Source of the DNA: Dehalococcoidia bacterium
GTDB taxonomy: Bacteria > Chloroflexota > Dehalococcoidia > Lucifugimonadales > UBA3495
Reading direction: 5' to 3'
Length of the DNA: 64,000 bases
Assembly (NCBI GenBank): GCA_965219925.1
Contig: OZ244795.1
Span: 1,031,395 to 1,095,394, forward strand
The stretch's first letter is position 1; every line of letters begins with the position of its first letter. The notes beneath the pieces are model-generated. The model was not told where the DNA came from. It searched no databases and saw only the letters and a program-made list of their open reading frames with translations. Shown piece after piece: positions 46,037 to 54,097 of the stretch. The translations under genes were made by a program, and so were the position numbers.

Positions 46037-46048
46037 TTCTCGCCTGCC

Positions 46049-46651
46049 CTAAATGGTGGGGCCGGTGGTCATGCGGATCAGGTTGGAGAAGCCGACGGTC
46101 TCGCTCTTGTAGGCCTGGAATTCCACCGGCACCATCGCGGTCTGCTTGGCGCCGACGATGGTTTCGAAGTCGCTCTTTTCGGCGCACCGCGGGAAGTAGA
46201 TTTCCGTCCGAAAGCCCGGGCGGTGCAAATTGTTGCGGCCGTCGTAGGGAGATGCGTCGACCTGGCAGATCAGCGCGTACTTGGCCACCTCAATGCCGCT
46301 GTCCATGGACATGCTGCTGTACGCGACCTGGGCAGCTGTGGCGGCTGTGGCGGCGATCGCATTGTTGTTGAATATTTTCCGCAGCGTCTCGAGGCTGATG
46401 TCCTTCACGCGGCCGGACACCGTCTTGATGTCGCTGGTTCGCCAGACGTCCACCGGCTCCAGTTCGTTCAGCGCTTCCTCATCCTCGAGGGCCTGGGAGC
46501 GCATGATTCTCACGCCGTCATTGTCGAAGAACGACTCTGCGAATAGTTCCCAAGGCGCCGCGGGCGTCAGGTTGGGCGCCGCCGTCACCGGGGTTTCCGC
46601 GTCCGCCAACCACCAATGCACCCGGCCTCTGAGTCTCCTGTTGTAGGGCAT
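46049..46651 (-). CDS. major tail protein (by position)
   Basis: 200 aa, upstream of the chaperone pair. Confidence 0.5.
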   Translation of the reverse strand: MPYNRRLRGRVHWWLADAETPVTAAPNLTPAAPWELFAESFFDNDGVRIMRSQALEDEEALNELEPVDVWRTSDIKTVSGRVKDISLETLRKIFNNNAIAATAATAAQVAYSSMSMDSGIEVAKYALICQVDASPYDGRNNLHRPGFRTEIYFPRCAEKSDFETIVGAKQTAMVPVEFQAYKSETVGFSNLIRMTTGPTI

Positions 46652-46688
46652 GCCTACACCTCCTTTCCCTTGCCGTCCTTTGGGCGGC

Positions 46689-47147
46689 CTAATCGCCTTC
46701 GGCGTAAATCAGGTAATAGCTGCGAAACACTCCCGGCAACTTGAGGTCCCGCTCCAATATGTCCAGTGGGCCGCCCGCGCTGAATAGGCTGGGCAGCGTG
46801 AGGTCGTCCGGGGGCACCGGGTGATCCGGATGTCCGCCTTGATACAGCTCGTAGGCCTCCCGATGCTCCTGGCTGCGGCGCCGGATGTGCCGGTGGATCC
46901 GGTTGCTGATCCGGTTCGCGTCCGCCTCGGTGGCGGCGAACACCGTTACGTCAAGGCGCCGCTCCGCCTCGGGGTCCTGGGCGTCCGGCTCGGAACCCCC
47001 GATGCTCCGCAGGAATGCGAAGGGCGTTGGCTCGTTGCCGTCGAACGCGCCGATGGATATTTTCTGCAACTGGAGTTCCGACGGCAGGCCCGCTGTCGCC
47101 TCCTCTACGATTTCCTTCAGGTCCGGCATGGGATCGTACTCGTCCAT
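46689..47147 (-). CDS. tail terminator / tail completion protein (by position)
   Basis: 152-aa ORF. Confidence 0.45.
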   Translation of the reverse strand: MDEYDPMPDLKEIVEEATAGLPSELQLQKISIGAFDGNEPTPFAFLRSIGGSEPDAQDPEAERRLDVTVFAATEADANRISNRIHRHIRRRSQEHREAYELYQGGHPDHPVPPDDLTLPSLFSAGGPLDILERDLKLPGVFRSYYLIYAEGD

Positions 47148-47539
47148 CAGTCGAACCCTATTCGCCGCGTTGACTTGGCTCCCTTGCGACTGGTTTTGAT
47201 TGTCTTGGCCTTCCCGCCGACCCGTTCCGCCAGCTTTCCAAACGCGCGGTCCCCGGCCCGCCGGATGAACCCCGCCTTGGTGGGATGCCGCACTTCCACG
47301 GCGGCGGCGTAAAACACCGCCCGGTCGACTCCAAATCGGCCCACGATGTCATCGCCGACCCGTTTTGCCGGTTCGTTGTGGAAGCCGGCGGCCAGGTTGC
47401 CGCGGTCCACCGGCGCGTCCGCTCGGGCGATCAGCGCGGCGTCGGCGGTGGTTTCATCCAACGCCTCGGCGCCCTCGTCCATCAGCAGCTCGAAAACCTG
47501 GTCGCCGAGCCACACCAGCTGCATGTCGGATTCAGGCAT
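47147..47539 (-). CDS. HK97 gp10-like tail-component family protein
   Basis: ARADAPVDRGNLAAGF ... AVFYAAAVEVRHPTKAGFIRRA pattern. Start placed at MPESD. Confidence 0.55.
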   Translation of the reverse strand: MPESDMQLVWLGDQVFELLMDEGAEALDETTADAALIARADAPVDRGNLAAGFHNEPAKRVGDDIVGRFGVDRAVFYAAAVEVRHPTKAGFIRRAGDRAFGKLAERVGGKAKTIKTSRKGAKSTRRIGFD

Positions 47540-47735
47540 GGGGCTGCAACCCCGTTTCCTGGGAAACGGTCTCGTCAATGGCCGTCTCGCCGCCCTGGGG
47601 CAGCGCGCCGGTTTCGACAACCGCCACCTCGATCCCCCGCTCCGGAGGGGCCGGGCCTTGGTGCCTACAAGGCCCCATCAGGTTGCCCTGGAAGCAATGG
47701 TCTCCGTACAAGGGGCAGTTGTATTGAGTGCTCAT
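47532..47735 (-). CDS. small Cys-containing hypothetical phage protein
   Basis: 67 aa from MSTQYNCPLYG. ATGA overlap with the head-closure stop. Confidence 0.35.
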   Translation of the reverse strand: MSTQYNCPLYGDHCFQGNLMGPCRHQGPAPPERGIEVAVVETGALPQGGETAIDETVSQETGLQPHA

Positions 47736-48079
47736 GAGATCCTCTCGCAAAGCAGCGCCAGGTGGCGCATTCGGCGCTCCATGGGGGCGCGACCGATGAC
47801 GCACCTGCGCTGCCCTTCGTCGTCGATGATGTTCAGCTGGCCGGCCACCACGTCCACGTCCGCTCGCCACCGGATGACGAATACGGCCGTGTTGACGTTC
47901 AGCCGGGCGTCGTTGTCCCAGTCCAGCTGGTCCCGCGGCGCCGCGTCCATCCGTTTTGCCCACACCTTCACCGGCGTGGGGTCGCCCGGCTGATCATGCC
48001 CGTAGGCGTCCTCGACCGAAGGGCCGGGAACCATCAGGGTGATCAGCCGGTCCAGGACCGGCGCGGCGCCGCGCGGCAT
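47732..48079 (-). CDS. head closure / head-tail adaptor protein
   Basis: 115 aa. VKVWAKRMDA...FVIRWRADVD...IIDDEGQRRCVIG pattern of SPP1 gp16/HK97 head-tail joining family. Confidence 0.6.
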   Translation of the reverse strand: MPRGAAPVLDRLITLMVPGPSVEDAYGHDQPGDPTPVKVWAKRMDAAPRDQLDWDNDARLNVNTAVFVIRWRADVDVVAGQLNIIDDEGQRRCVIGRAPMERRMRHLALLCERIS

Positions 48080-48085
48080 GGCCTG

Positions 48086-48586
48086 CTATTCCTCGTCGGC
48101 TTCGACGACGGCTTCAACGGTGACTTCAACGGTGACTTCCGTCTCCTCGTGGTCATCGTCGTCGTCGGAAGCGTCCTGGCCCTTGTCCGCCGCCTCCGGC
48201 TCGTGGTCATCCTCGCCGTCGTCGGGCACGTCCGCGGCGGGCGACGCATCGCCTTCACCGGGCTCCTGGCCCTCCGAAGGCTGATCGCCCATCAGAAACC
48301 CGAACTCGGCGGCGAACTCGCGGGCCGACACCTCGGAAGCCGCGATCCGGCTCTCCAGGCTGGAGCAGTGGCTCACCACCCGGTCATAGTCGGCAATCGC
48401 CTGGTTGTAGGCCACTTCCTTGCCGGCAGCTTCGGCAACCAGTTGCTGGGCCGCCGACAGGTCGCTGGCCATGGTGGTGTTGGCCGTCTTGTACCCGTCC
48501 CGCTCCGCCGTCAGGGAAGCGATCTTGTTGTCCCGTTCCTTGATTCCGCCGCGCGCGGCCGCCAGAACATCTTGAATGATTGACAT
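48086..48586 (-). CDS. coiled-coil protein with strongly acidic C-terminal tail
   Basis: 166 aa. Confidence 0.5.
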   Translation of the reverse strand: MSIIQDVLAAARGGIKERDNKIASLTAERDGYKTANTTMASDLSAAQQLVAEAAGKEVAYNQAIADYDRVVSHCSSLESRIAASEVSAREFAAEFGFLMGDQPSEGQEPGEGDASPAADVPDDGEDDHEPEAADKGQDASDDDDDHEETEVTVEVTVEAVVEADEE

Positions 48587-48667
48587 GGTCTCTCCTGCGG
48601 GCTCTCGCCCAGGTTGTGTTTTGGTGTCCCTATCCGGCGTCAGGGCGCCGGCGCCCGTTGGTATTGC

Positions 48668-49015
48668 CTACGCCCGGGGAGCCGGACTCTCCGGCATCTG
48701 GACGGAACCCTCCTGGCTCTTGTCCGACAGGGCAATCATGACGATGGCCTCATGGACGTCGGCCGGCACGGTCTTGGGTGGCGGATCCGGGTCCGGCTCC
48801 GCGATCTTGCCCATGACGTTGCCGATGCTGGCCACCGCCAGGGTTGCCAGGCCGATGCAGGTGGCGAAGATCATGCCGACCATGACCCCGTCGAAAAACT
48901 CGGTGTTCGTGCCGGTCAGCACGTCCATCCAGCGGAACAGTGCGTACAACACCGCGCCGACAATGCCGGTCAACATGGCCGCCATCGAGACTACGTTGAT
49001 GCGAAACTTGCTCAT
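48668..49015 (-). CDS. small multi-TM membrane protein (holin-like)
   Basis: From MSKFRINVV (AGGAG upstream). 3 hydrophobic segments. Confidence 0.45.
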   Translation of the reverse strand: MSKFRINVVSMAAMLTGIVGAVLYALFRWMDVLTGTNTEFFDGVMVGMIFATCIGLATLAVASIGNVMGKIAEPDPDPPPKTVPADVHEAIVMIALSDKSQEGSVQMPESPAPRA

Positions 49016-49066
49016 GATTGTTGCTTGCTCCTGGCGTCGGGCCAAGTTGTGTTTTGGTGTCCCGCT

Positions 49067-49435
49067 CTAGGGCACCCGCAGCACGGCCACCGTGACGTTG
49101 CTGACATCGTCGATGGCGAAGCGCAGGGTGTCCCCGTAGATGTGCCTGGGAAAGTCCCGTATGAAACGCTCCGCATTGGCCGGCACCAGGTGGGTCCGTT
49201 CGCTCACCGCAGCGCCGTCCACCAGGACGTCCCGGCCGATTTCGATGTTCGCCGCCGTGGCGCCGCTCTTCACGTGCAGGAACGTCTTCTCGTCGTTCTG
49301 CACCAGGAACTGGTCGCCGGCCGCCAGCGTGCCATCGGTCAAACGCTGCGCCGCCGGCGTGGGACCCGAGTCCGTGAAGTAGGTCGCGTTCAGCGCCCGC
49401 GTCATATTCTGCGTGGGGAGAGTTTTTTCAGCCAT
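49067..49435 (-). CDS. hypothetical phage protein
   Basis: 122-aa ORF. Confidence 0.5.
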   Translation of the reverse strand: MAEKTLPTQNMTRALNATYFTDSGPTPAAQRLTDGTLAAGDQFLVQNDEKTFLHVKSGATAANIEIGRDVLVDGAAVSERTHLVPANAERFIRDFPRHIYGDTLRFAIDDVSNVTVAVLRVP

Positions 49436-49482
49436 GGTTCACCTCCGGTCGGTTCTTCGCTGGGCCAGCCGCTCCAGCATCG

Positions 49483-49818
49483 TCAGTCGCTCCCGTGGGC
49501 GCGTTCTTTCCGGTCCAGCAGTCCCTCGATGCGCCCCAGCCGGTCCTTGATCGCATTCACGGCCTCGACCATGGTGGCGATGCTGGCGTACACCTGGGCG
49601 GAGTCCTCAATGTGGCGGGTGAGTTCGGCCCGCCGCTCGTTGATGCGCTGGTGCAGGCTCTCAATGTCCTTGGCGTAGTCCAGGCGCAGCTGCTTGATGG
49701 CCTCGGCGTTGGCGGCCACCCGGTGCTTCAGCACCGCCCAGGTGCCGGCAATCCCGGCGCCGGCGGCCAGCAGAAAGACCAGGACCATGACGACGGCCTG
49801 GACGTACCCCTCAATCAT
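49483..49818 (-). CDS. membrane-anchored coiled-coil phage protein
   Basis: 111 aa. N-terminal TM VMVLVFLLAAGAGIAGTWAVL, then heptad-like helix. Confidence 0.5.
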   Translation of the reverse strand: MIEGYVQAVVMVLVFLLAAGAGIAGTWAVLKHRVAANAEAIKQLRLDYAKDIESLHQRINERRAELTRHIEDSAQVYASIATMVEAVNAIKDRLGRIEGLLDRKERAHGSD

Positions 49819-49945
49819 GATCGCGTCCCTCCGGCGGCTGGCGGGTCCCGCCGTAGCGGTGTCCGCACATCACACAATGCAGCGTGCCCCGTTCGACGAT
49901 GCCGACGAAGCACCGGCCTCCGCAGCGCTGGCAGTAAATGGCCAT
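49811..49945 (-). CDS. 44-aa zinc-ribbon protein (below ORF-track cutoff)
   Basis: MAIYCQRCGGRCFVGIVERGTLHCVMCGHRYGG. The stop overlaps the next ATG. Confidence 0.35.
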   Translation of the reverse strand: MAIYCQRCGGRCFVGIVERGTLHCVMCGHRYGGTRQPPEGRDHD

Positions 49946-49957
49946 GGAAGGACCTCA

Positions 49958-50227
49958 TCAGGACCGGGGCGGCCAGAACCAGGTGCCGCGGCGGCCGCCC
50001 TCTGATTGGGCCACCGAGCCGCACCACATGGTGTCGCCGTTATTGAAGGTGAGGACGCCGTTGACCCATTTAACCGGGTCGGCGGGGTCCACGTCGGTAA
50101 TCTGCATCGCGACCAGGTCGCCGGGCCACGGTTCGTTGAACGTCCGATGGTTGGGGCGGCTGCGATAGGAATCGCAGTCCTTGCCGGACATCCGGTAGTG
50201 AACGATCTTGCCGATGGTTGGAATCAT
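49958..50227 (-). CDS. hypothetical phage protein
   Basis: 89-aa ORF. Confidence 0.5.
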   Translation of the reverse strand: MIPTIGKIVHYRMSGKDCDSYRSRPNHRTFNEPWPGDLVAMQITDVDPADPVKWVNGVLTFNNGDTMWCGSVAQSEGGRRGTWFWPPRS

Positions 50228-50296
50228 GGTGTGCCTCTCGGTGAGTTTGGGAAGTGGCCCTTAGGTTTCAGATGCGACCGGCGTCGATCCAGTCTT

Positions 50297-50509
50297 TTAT
50301 GCTTCCAGGTCCGGCAGGGGCACGGCCGGCGGGCGCTCACTGACCCGGGCAGTGGCCCGGCTCAAATCCACGTCCAGCAGAACACCGCCGCACGTGCACG
50401 GGGTCGGCCCCAGCCGCGTCACGGTCGCTCCTTCGACGACCGGCACGTCGGTCTCCGGCCCATTCGTCACCACTGCGCAATCGTCGGCGTGCGCCACTGT
50501 CACCACCAT
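50297..50509 (-). CDS. hypothetical phage protein
   Basis: 70-aa ORF. Confidence 0.4.
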   Translation of the reverse strand: MVVTVAHADDCAVVTNGPETDVPVVEGATVTRLGPTPCTCGGVLLDVDLSRATARVSERPPAVPLPDLEA

Positions 50510-50518
50510 GCTCGTCTC

Positions 50519-51391
50519 CTAGTACCGGAACTGTATCCAGAAGTTGCCGGTGCCGCCGAAAAAGGGGAGGTCTGACGGCTCTTCGAACCGGTACGTCGCC
50601 CAGGTTGTGCCGTCATATACCACGCTGGGCTGGACAGTCATGTTCCCGTATCCGGTATAAATGTTGGGGGGTTGCGTTGGTTCTTGCCCAACTGGCACTG
50701 CGGCCCACAAATACGCGTTAGGCGGCAGAGGCGCCGGATAGTCGGGAACGAGAATAAAATTGCTGTACGACAGCACCGTGCCCGGAGACCCCAGGTCAGC
50801 GGCGTCGATGGTGTCGTCAGCCGACCAGCCGCCCAACTTTGGGACCACCGGACGCGTCGCCCCCTCGGTGTCAACGATCCAGTTCTTGCCCAGCCGTGCG
50901 GCGGCAATCGTTGTTTTTGATGGCCAGTAGTACCCGTCCACGCCGCCAACCGTGAGCGGCGTCGGATTCCCGAACTCGGCGCGCGCGTTGCCCTTCACGT
51001 CGGCCTCACGTATGACGGTGACCTCCAGCTCCGTGGCCGGCTGCCAGAAGGCGATGTACCGGTCGAGGGCGCCGCCGCCCACTGGCACGATGTCGGTCTG
51101 CGACGACAGGCCGGAGTTGAAGTCCGCAACGGAGAGGACGGCGTTGGCGCTGACCGCCGACCGGCGGGTGTAGATCTTCGGCTGTATGCCGCCCCGGAAT
51201 CGCTTCGCTTCGATGGCGCCGGCATCGTCGAGCAGGTGCAGCACCAGGTCGTCGCCGTTGATCGCGCCGCCGTCTTCGACCAGCGGCAGGATCATGTCGA
51301 CGGGCAGGATGATGCCGCCCAACTCCATCAGCTTGCCGTCCTGGTTCAGGATCAGGAAGCGCCCGCTCCAGGGTATCTGTTCCTGCGTCAC
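50519..51391 (-). CDS. hypothetical phage structural protein
   Basis: GTG start overlapping the previous stop (GTGA). 290 aa. The C-terminal ...WIQFRY resembles the end of the preceding gene product (...VIQLRYNP). Confidence 0.45.
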   Translation of the reverse strand: MTQEQIPWSGRFLILNQDGKLMELGGIILPVDMILPLVEDGGAINGDDLVLHLLDDAGAIEAKRFRGGIQPKIYTRRSAVSANAVLSVADFNSGLSSQTDIVPVGGGALDRYIAFWQPATELEVTVIREADVKGNARAEFGNPTPLTVGGVDGYYWPSKTTIAAARLGKNWIVDTEGATRPVVPKLGGWSADDTIDAADLGSPGTVLSYSNFILVPDYPAPLPPNAYLWAAVPVGQEPTQPPNIYTGYGNMTVQPSVVYDGTTWATYRFEEPSDLPFFGGTGNFWIQFRY

Positions 51392-52092
51392 GGGTTGTAC
51401 CTCAACTGGATCACGATGCCCTCCGCGTTCTCGCCCAGCAGCGACGCGCTGATGCCGACCAGGTGGTCGACCAGGTTGGCTTCCACGACGCCGGCCTGTT
51501 GGGTGTAAACGCCGATCAGGTTGGTGGGGTTGCCCGCGTAGTAGAGCGCGTCCGGATACCCCGCGGCCGCTTCGACCGCGAACCACACGTAGCCCGGGCC
51601 ACCGTCCGGAATCGTGAGGTCATCGCCGGAGTACTGCTGGCCGTTGGCCACCTCCCCAGGAGTGACCGTCGTGTCGATGCTCCAGCCGATGTAGCGGTAA
51701 TGGGTGCCTGGGTGCGGCGTGTAGGCCGGCGTGAGCGGCGACTCCGGCGTCTCCGGAGCTGTGGTGTCATCGGCGTCCACCGCCCCATCCGCGGCGTAAG
51801 CCCCGCCCTCGTGCCACCAGGCCAGCAGCGACATAGCGCCGCTGTTCCGCATGGCGTCGGGGTGCACGCCGGCGCCGGCGTGCGGCGCATCGTACAGGTA
51901 GCCCACGAAGCGCACCGCGGCCTCGTCCTTGACGCTGTCGGGCGCGTCGGGCGCGTAAAGGTTGATCAGCTCGTCGGCCACCGAACGCAGCCCCTCGACG
52001 ATGCCCAGCTCGGGCTCGGCGGGCGGCGTGGTCGGGTCGGCGCTGACCCTGATCTTGGCGGCCAGGGCAGCGGTGGTGATCTGCAGCGCCAT
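51388..52092 (-). CDS. head-tail connector (gp6-like N-terminal domain) with C-terminal extension
   Basis: From MALQITTAALAAKIRV. DEAAVRFVGYLYD ... NSGAMSLLAWW is the gp6-like pattern. Confidence 0.55.
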   Translation of the reverse strand: MALQITTAALAAKIRVSADPTTPPAEPELGIVEGLRSVADELINLYAPDAPDSVKDEAAVRFVGYLYDAPHAGAGVHPDAMRNSGAMSLLAWWHEGGAYAADGAVDADDTTAPETPESPLTPAYTPHPGTHYRYIGWSIDTTVTPGEVANGQQYSGDDLTIPDGGPGYVWFAVEAAAGYPDALYYAGNPTNLIGVYTQQAGVVEANLVDHLVGISASLLGENAEGIVIQLRYNP

Positions 52093-52093
52093 G

Positions 52094-52396
52094 CTACTTC
52101 GCCTTGGCCTTGGCCTTGGCCTTGGCCTTGGTTTGTTTCTGCGCCGGCGCCGGCGCAAAGAGCCGGTTGAAGTCGTCCGGCGTCATCGGCATCAGCTCGC
52201 CGCCCGGGTACCGCACCAGCCAGTCGCCCTGGCGCAGCCGCAGTTCGCCGATGGCCAGCAGCCGACCGCCGGTGCTGGAGAGCGCGCGGCCGTCGTAGGC
52301 GGCGGCCAGCTCGTCCAGGTTGCCGGCATCCACCCGCACGGCCTTCGCCGGCAGGGGACGGCGTTCGTAGTCGTTCATCATCTGGTCCGCGCTCAT
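52094..52396 (-). CDS. hypothetical phage protein with (Ala-Lys)n tail
   Basis: From MSADQMMNDY. The C-terminal KAKAKAKAKAKAK is encoded by (GCCTTG)5 at 52101-52130. Confidence 0.45.
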   Translation of the reverse strand: MSADQMMNDYERRPLPAKAVRVDAGNLDELAAAYDGRALSSTGGRLLAIGELRLRQGDWLVRYPGGELMPMTPDDFNRLFAPAPAQKQTKAKAKAKAKAK

Positions 52397-52560
52397 ATCG
52401 TCCTCAGCACGTGGCGGCGGAACCAGCCGCGGCAGAAGAGCCGGACCGGATTCAGCAGCCAGCGACGCTCCTTGTAGCTGTCGCAGCCCAGGCGGGCGCA
52501 CTTCGCCGTGGAGCGGTGCCAGGGCTTGACGCCCAGCAGATAGAGCAGTCGGTGGTACAT
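52393..52560 (-). CDS. small basic hypothetical protein
   Basis: MYHRLLYLLGVKPWHR.... TGATG and ATGA coupling on both sides. Confidence 0.3.
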   Translation of the reverse strand: MYHRLLYLLGVKPWHRSTAKCARLGCDSYKERRWLLNPVRLFCRGWFRRHVLRTI

Positions 52561-52724
52561 CAGCGCTCCCTCTCGATGCGGTATTCCCGCGTGGTGTGAA
52601 CGGGGTGCCGCCGGCGGCAGTCGCCGCACTGGCCAGCGGGCGGCGTCCCGGTTTCGGCCGCCTTCCGACAGCCGCACCGGCAACCGCACCGGTATTCGCG
52701 ATAGGTCAGTCCGCCGCGGCTCAT
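52560..52724 (-). CDS. small Cys-rich basic protein
   Basis: MSRGGLTYREYRCGCRCGCRKAAETG...CGDCRRR. Confidence 0.3.
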   Translation of the reverse strand: MSRGGLTYREYRCGCRCGCRKAAETGTPPAGQCGDCRRRHPVHTTREYRIERER

Positions 52725-52726
52725 CC

Positions 52727-54085
52727 CTACCCCACCAGCCACCGGCGCGCGCGGGAATCGGGGTCCGGCTGCGCCACCACCCGCTCGCCGTCGAACGCGG
52801 ACCTGGTCCGCAGCCGCATCTCGCACAACCGGGCGGTCTGCACCACGATCCGCTTGCCGCCGTTCGGCAGATCCTCGGTGGTCGTCACGCTACCGGCGTT
52901 CGCCCAACCGGCCGTCACCCCGCGCACCAGGCCGGCGTTCAGCTTGGAGAGGAAGTTCTCGGCGTAGGTGGTGTTCGGCAGTTTGCGCCCCACGAACTCC
53001 AGGGCTTCGTCCGTATCCCGGAGCCGGAGGTTGCCCGCGATGGTGGAAGCCAGCACGTCGTCATAGGAATTTCCGGCCAGCAGCATGATCTCGCCGGCCA
53101 GGCTGTCGGTCAGCGAGCCGGGCAGGAACCGCACGTACTCGCCCCGGGCCATGCTCACCACGCCGTCCACGCCGTAGGGCAGGCTGCCCGCCACCCGGGT
53201 GCCGTCGACCTGGCGCAGCTCGGTCGCCTCGGGCGGGAACTCGACGAAGTTGATCTCGGCGTTGTCCTCGTCGTAGCTGCAGCCGTCCGCTTCGGCAGCC
53301 GTGACCAGATCGCCGACCGGCACGTCCAGCAGCTCGGCCAGCCCGCTCAGGCGCGGCATTGGCGGGCAGTTGATGACGCCGCTCAGGATGCCGCCGATGG
53401 TCGACGCCGTAATCCCCGCGGCCTCTCCCAGCTGCGCGTTGGTCAGTTCCTGTTCGTCCCGCAACCGCCGCAGGAGGTTGCCCAGCTGCTCGCCCCGCTG
53501 CCCGGCGTGGCCGCCGGCGCCGCAACCGGCGCAGCGCGCCTCGGGCTGCCAGAGACGGTGTTCAAGCTGCTGGTAGGCGGGCACCTGCTCCGCGTAGCGC
53601 AGGTAGTCGCTCCAGTTGCGGATCTGCAGCCCGCTGTCCGGATAGGCCGGCCGGTCCACGACCCCCCAGCCGTAGAGCCTGGCCTGCATCACCTCGCGCA
53701 CCTGGTTGACGACGCGTTCCGCCAGGACGCGGAACTCCAGCGACAGCCCGCGCAGCAGTCCGATCCGCACCTCGGTGTCGGTGGTTCGGCCCCAGATGGT
53801 TTCGGGCAGCACGACCTGGCCCCGCAGGTCCACCTCGGAGTCGGCCACCGAGAGGCCGGAGCCGGTGCGCGCCAGGGGCTGATCTCGGTTGTGCATCCGG
53901 TTCGCCATCAGGTCGAGGGCGGCCAGGTCGGCGCCGAACGCGCCCGGCATGATCCGCTCCCGGCCCCAGGGGAACACGGCCTCGTCGCCGTAGCGCACCA
54001 CGACGCCGTCGACGGTGCCCAGGGCGCCGTCCGCGGCGCGGTGTTCCAGCTCGCCGTAGCGGTATTCGGAGATGTGCTCAGGCAT
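52727..54085 (-). CDS. HK97-family (S78) prohead protease, duplicated domain with internal XRE-type HTH
   Basis: The N-terminal domain has VVVRYGDEAVF..ERIMPGAFG, MHNRDQPLAR (His), GLSLEFRV (Ser) and VVDRPAYPDS. The middle has LGNLLRRLRDEQELTNAQLGEAAGITASTIGGILSG. The C-terminal part repeats the protease layout with the catalytic positions replaced. Confidence 0.75.
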   Translation of the reverse strand: MPEHISEYRYGELEHRAADGALGTVDGVVVRYGDEAVFPWGRERIMPGAFGADLAALDLMANRMHNRDQPLARTGSGLSVADSEVDLRGQVVLPETIWGRTTDTEVRIGLLRGLSLEFRVLAERVVNQVREVMQARLYGWGVVDRPAYPDSGLQIRNWSDYLRYAEQVPAYQQLEHRLWQPEARCAGCGAGGHAGQRGEQLGNLLRRLRDEQELTNAQLGEAAGITASTIGGILSGVINCPPMPRLSGLAELLDVPVGDLVTAAEADGCSYDEDNAEINFVEFPPEATELRQVDGTRVAGSLPYGVDGVVSMARGEYVRFLPGSLTDSLAGEIMLLAGNSYDDVLASTIAGNLRLRDTDEALEFVGRKLPNTTYAENFLSKLNAGLVRGVTAGWANAGSVTTTEDLPNGGKRIVVQTARLCEMRLRTRSAFDGERVVAQPDPDSRARRWLVG

Positions 54086-54097
54086 CGCGAACGCCCC

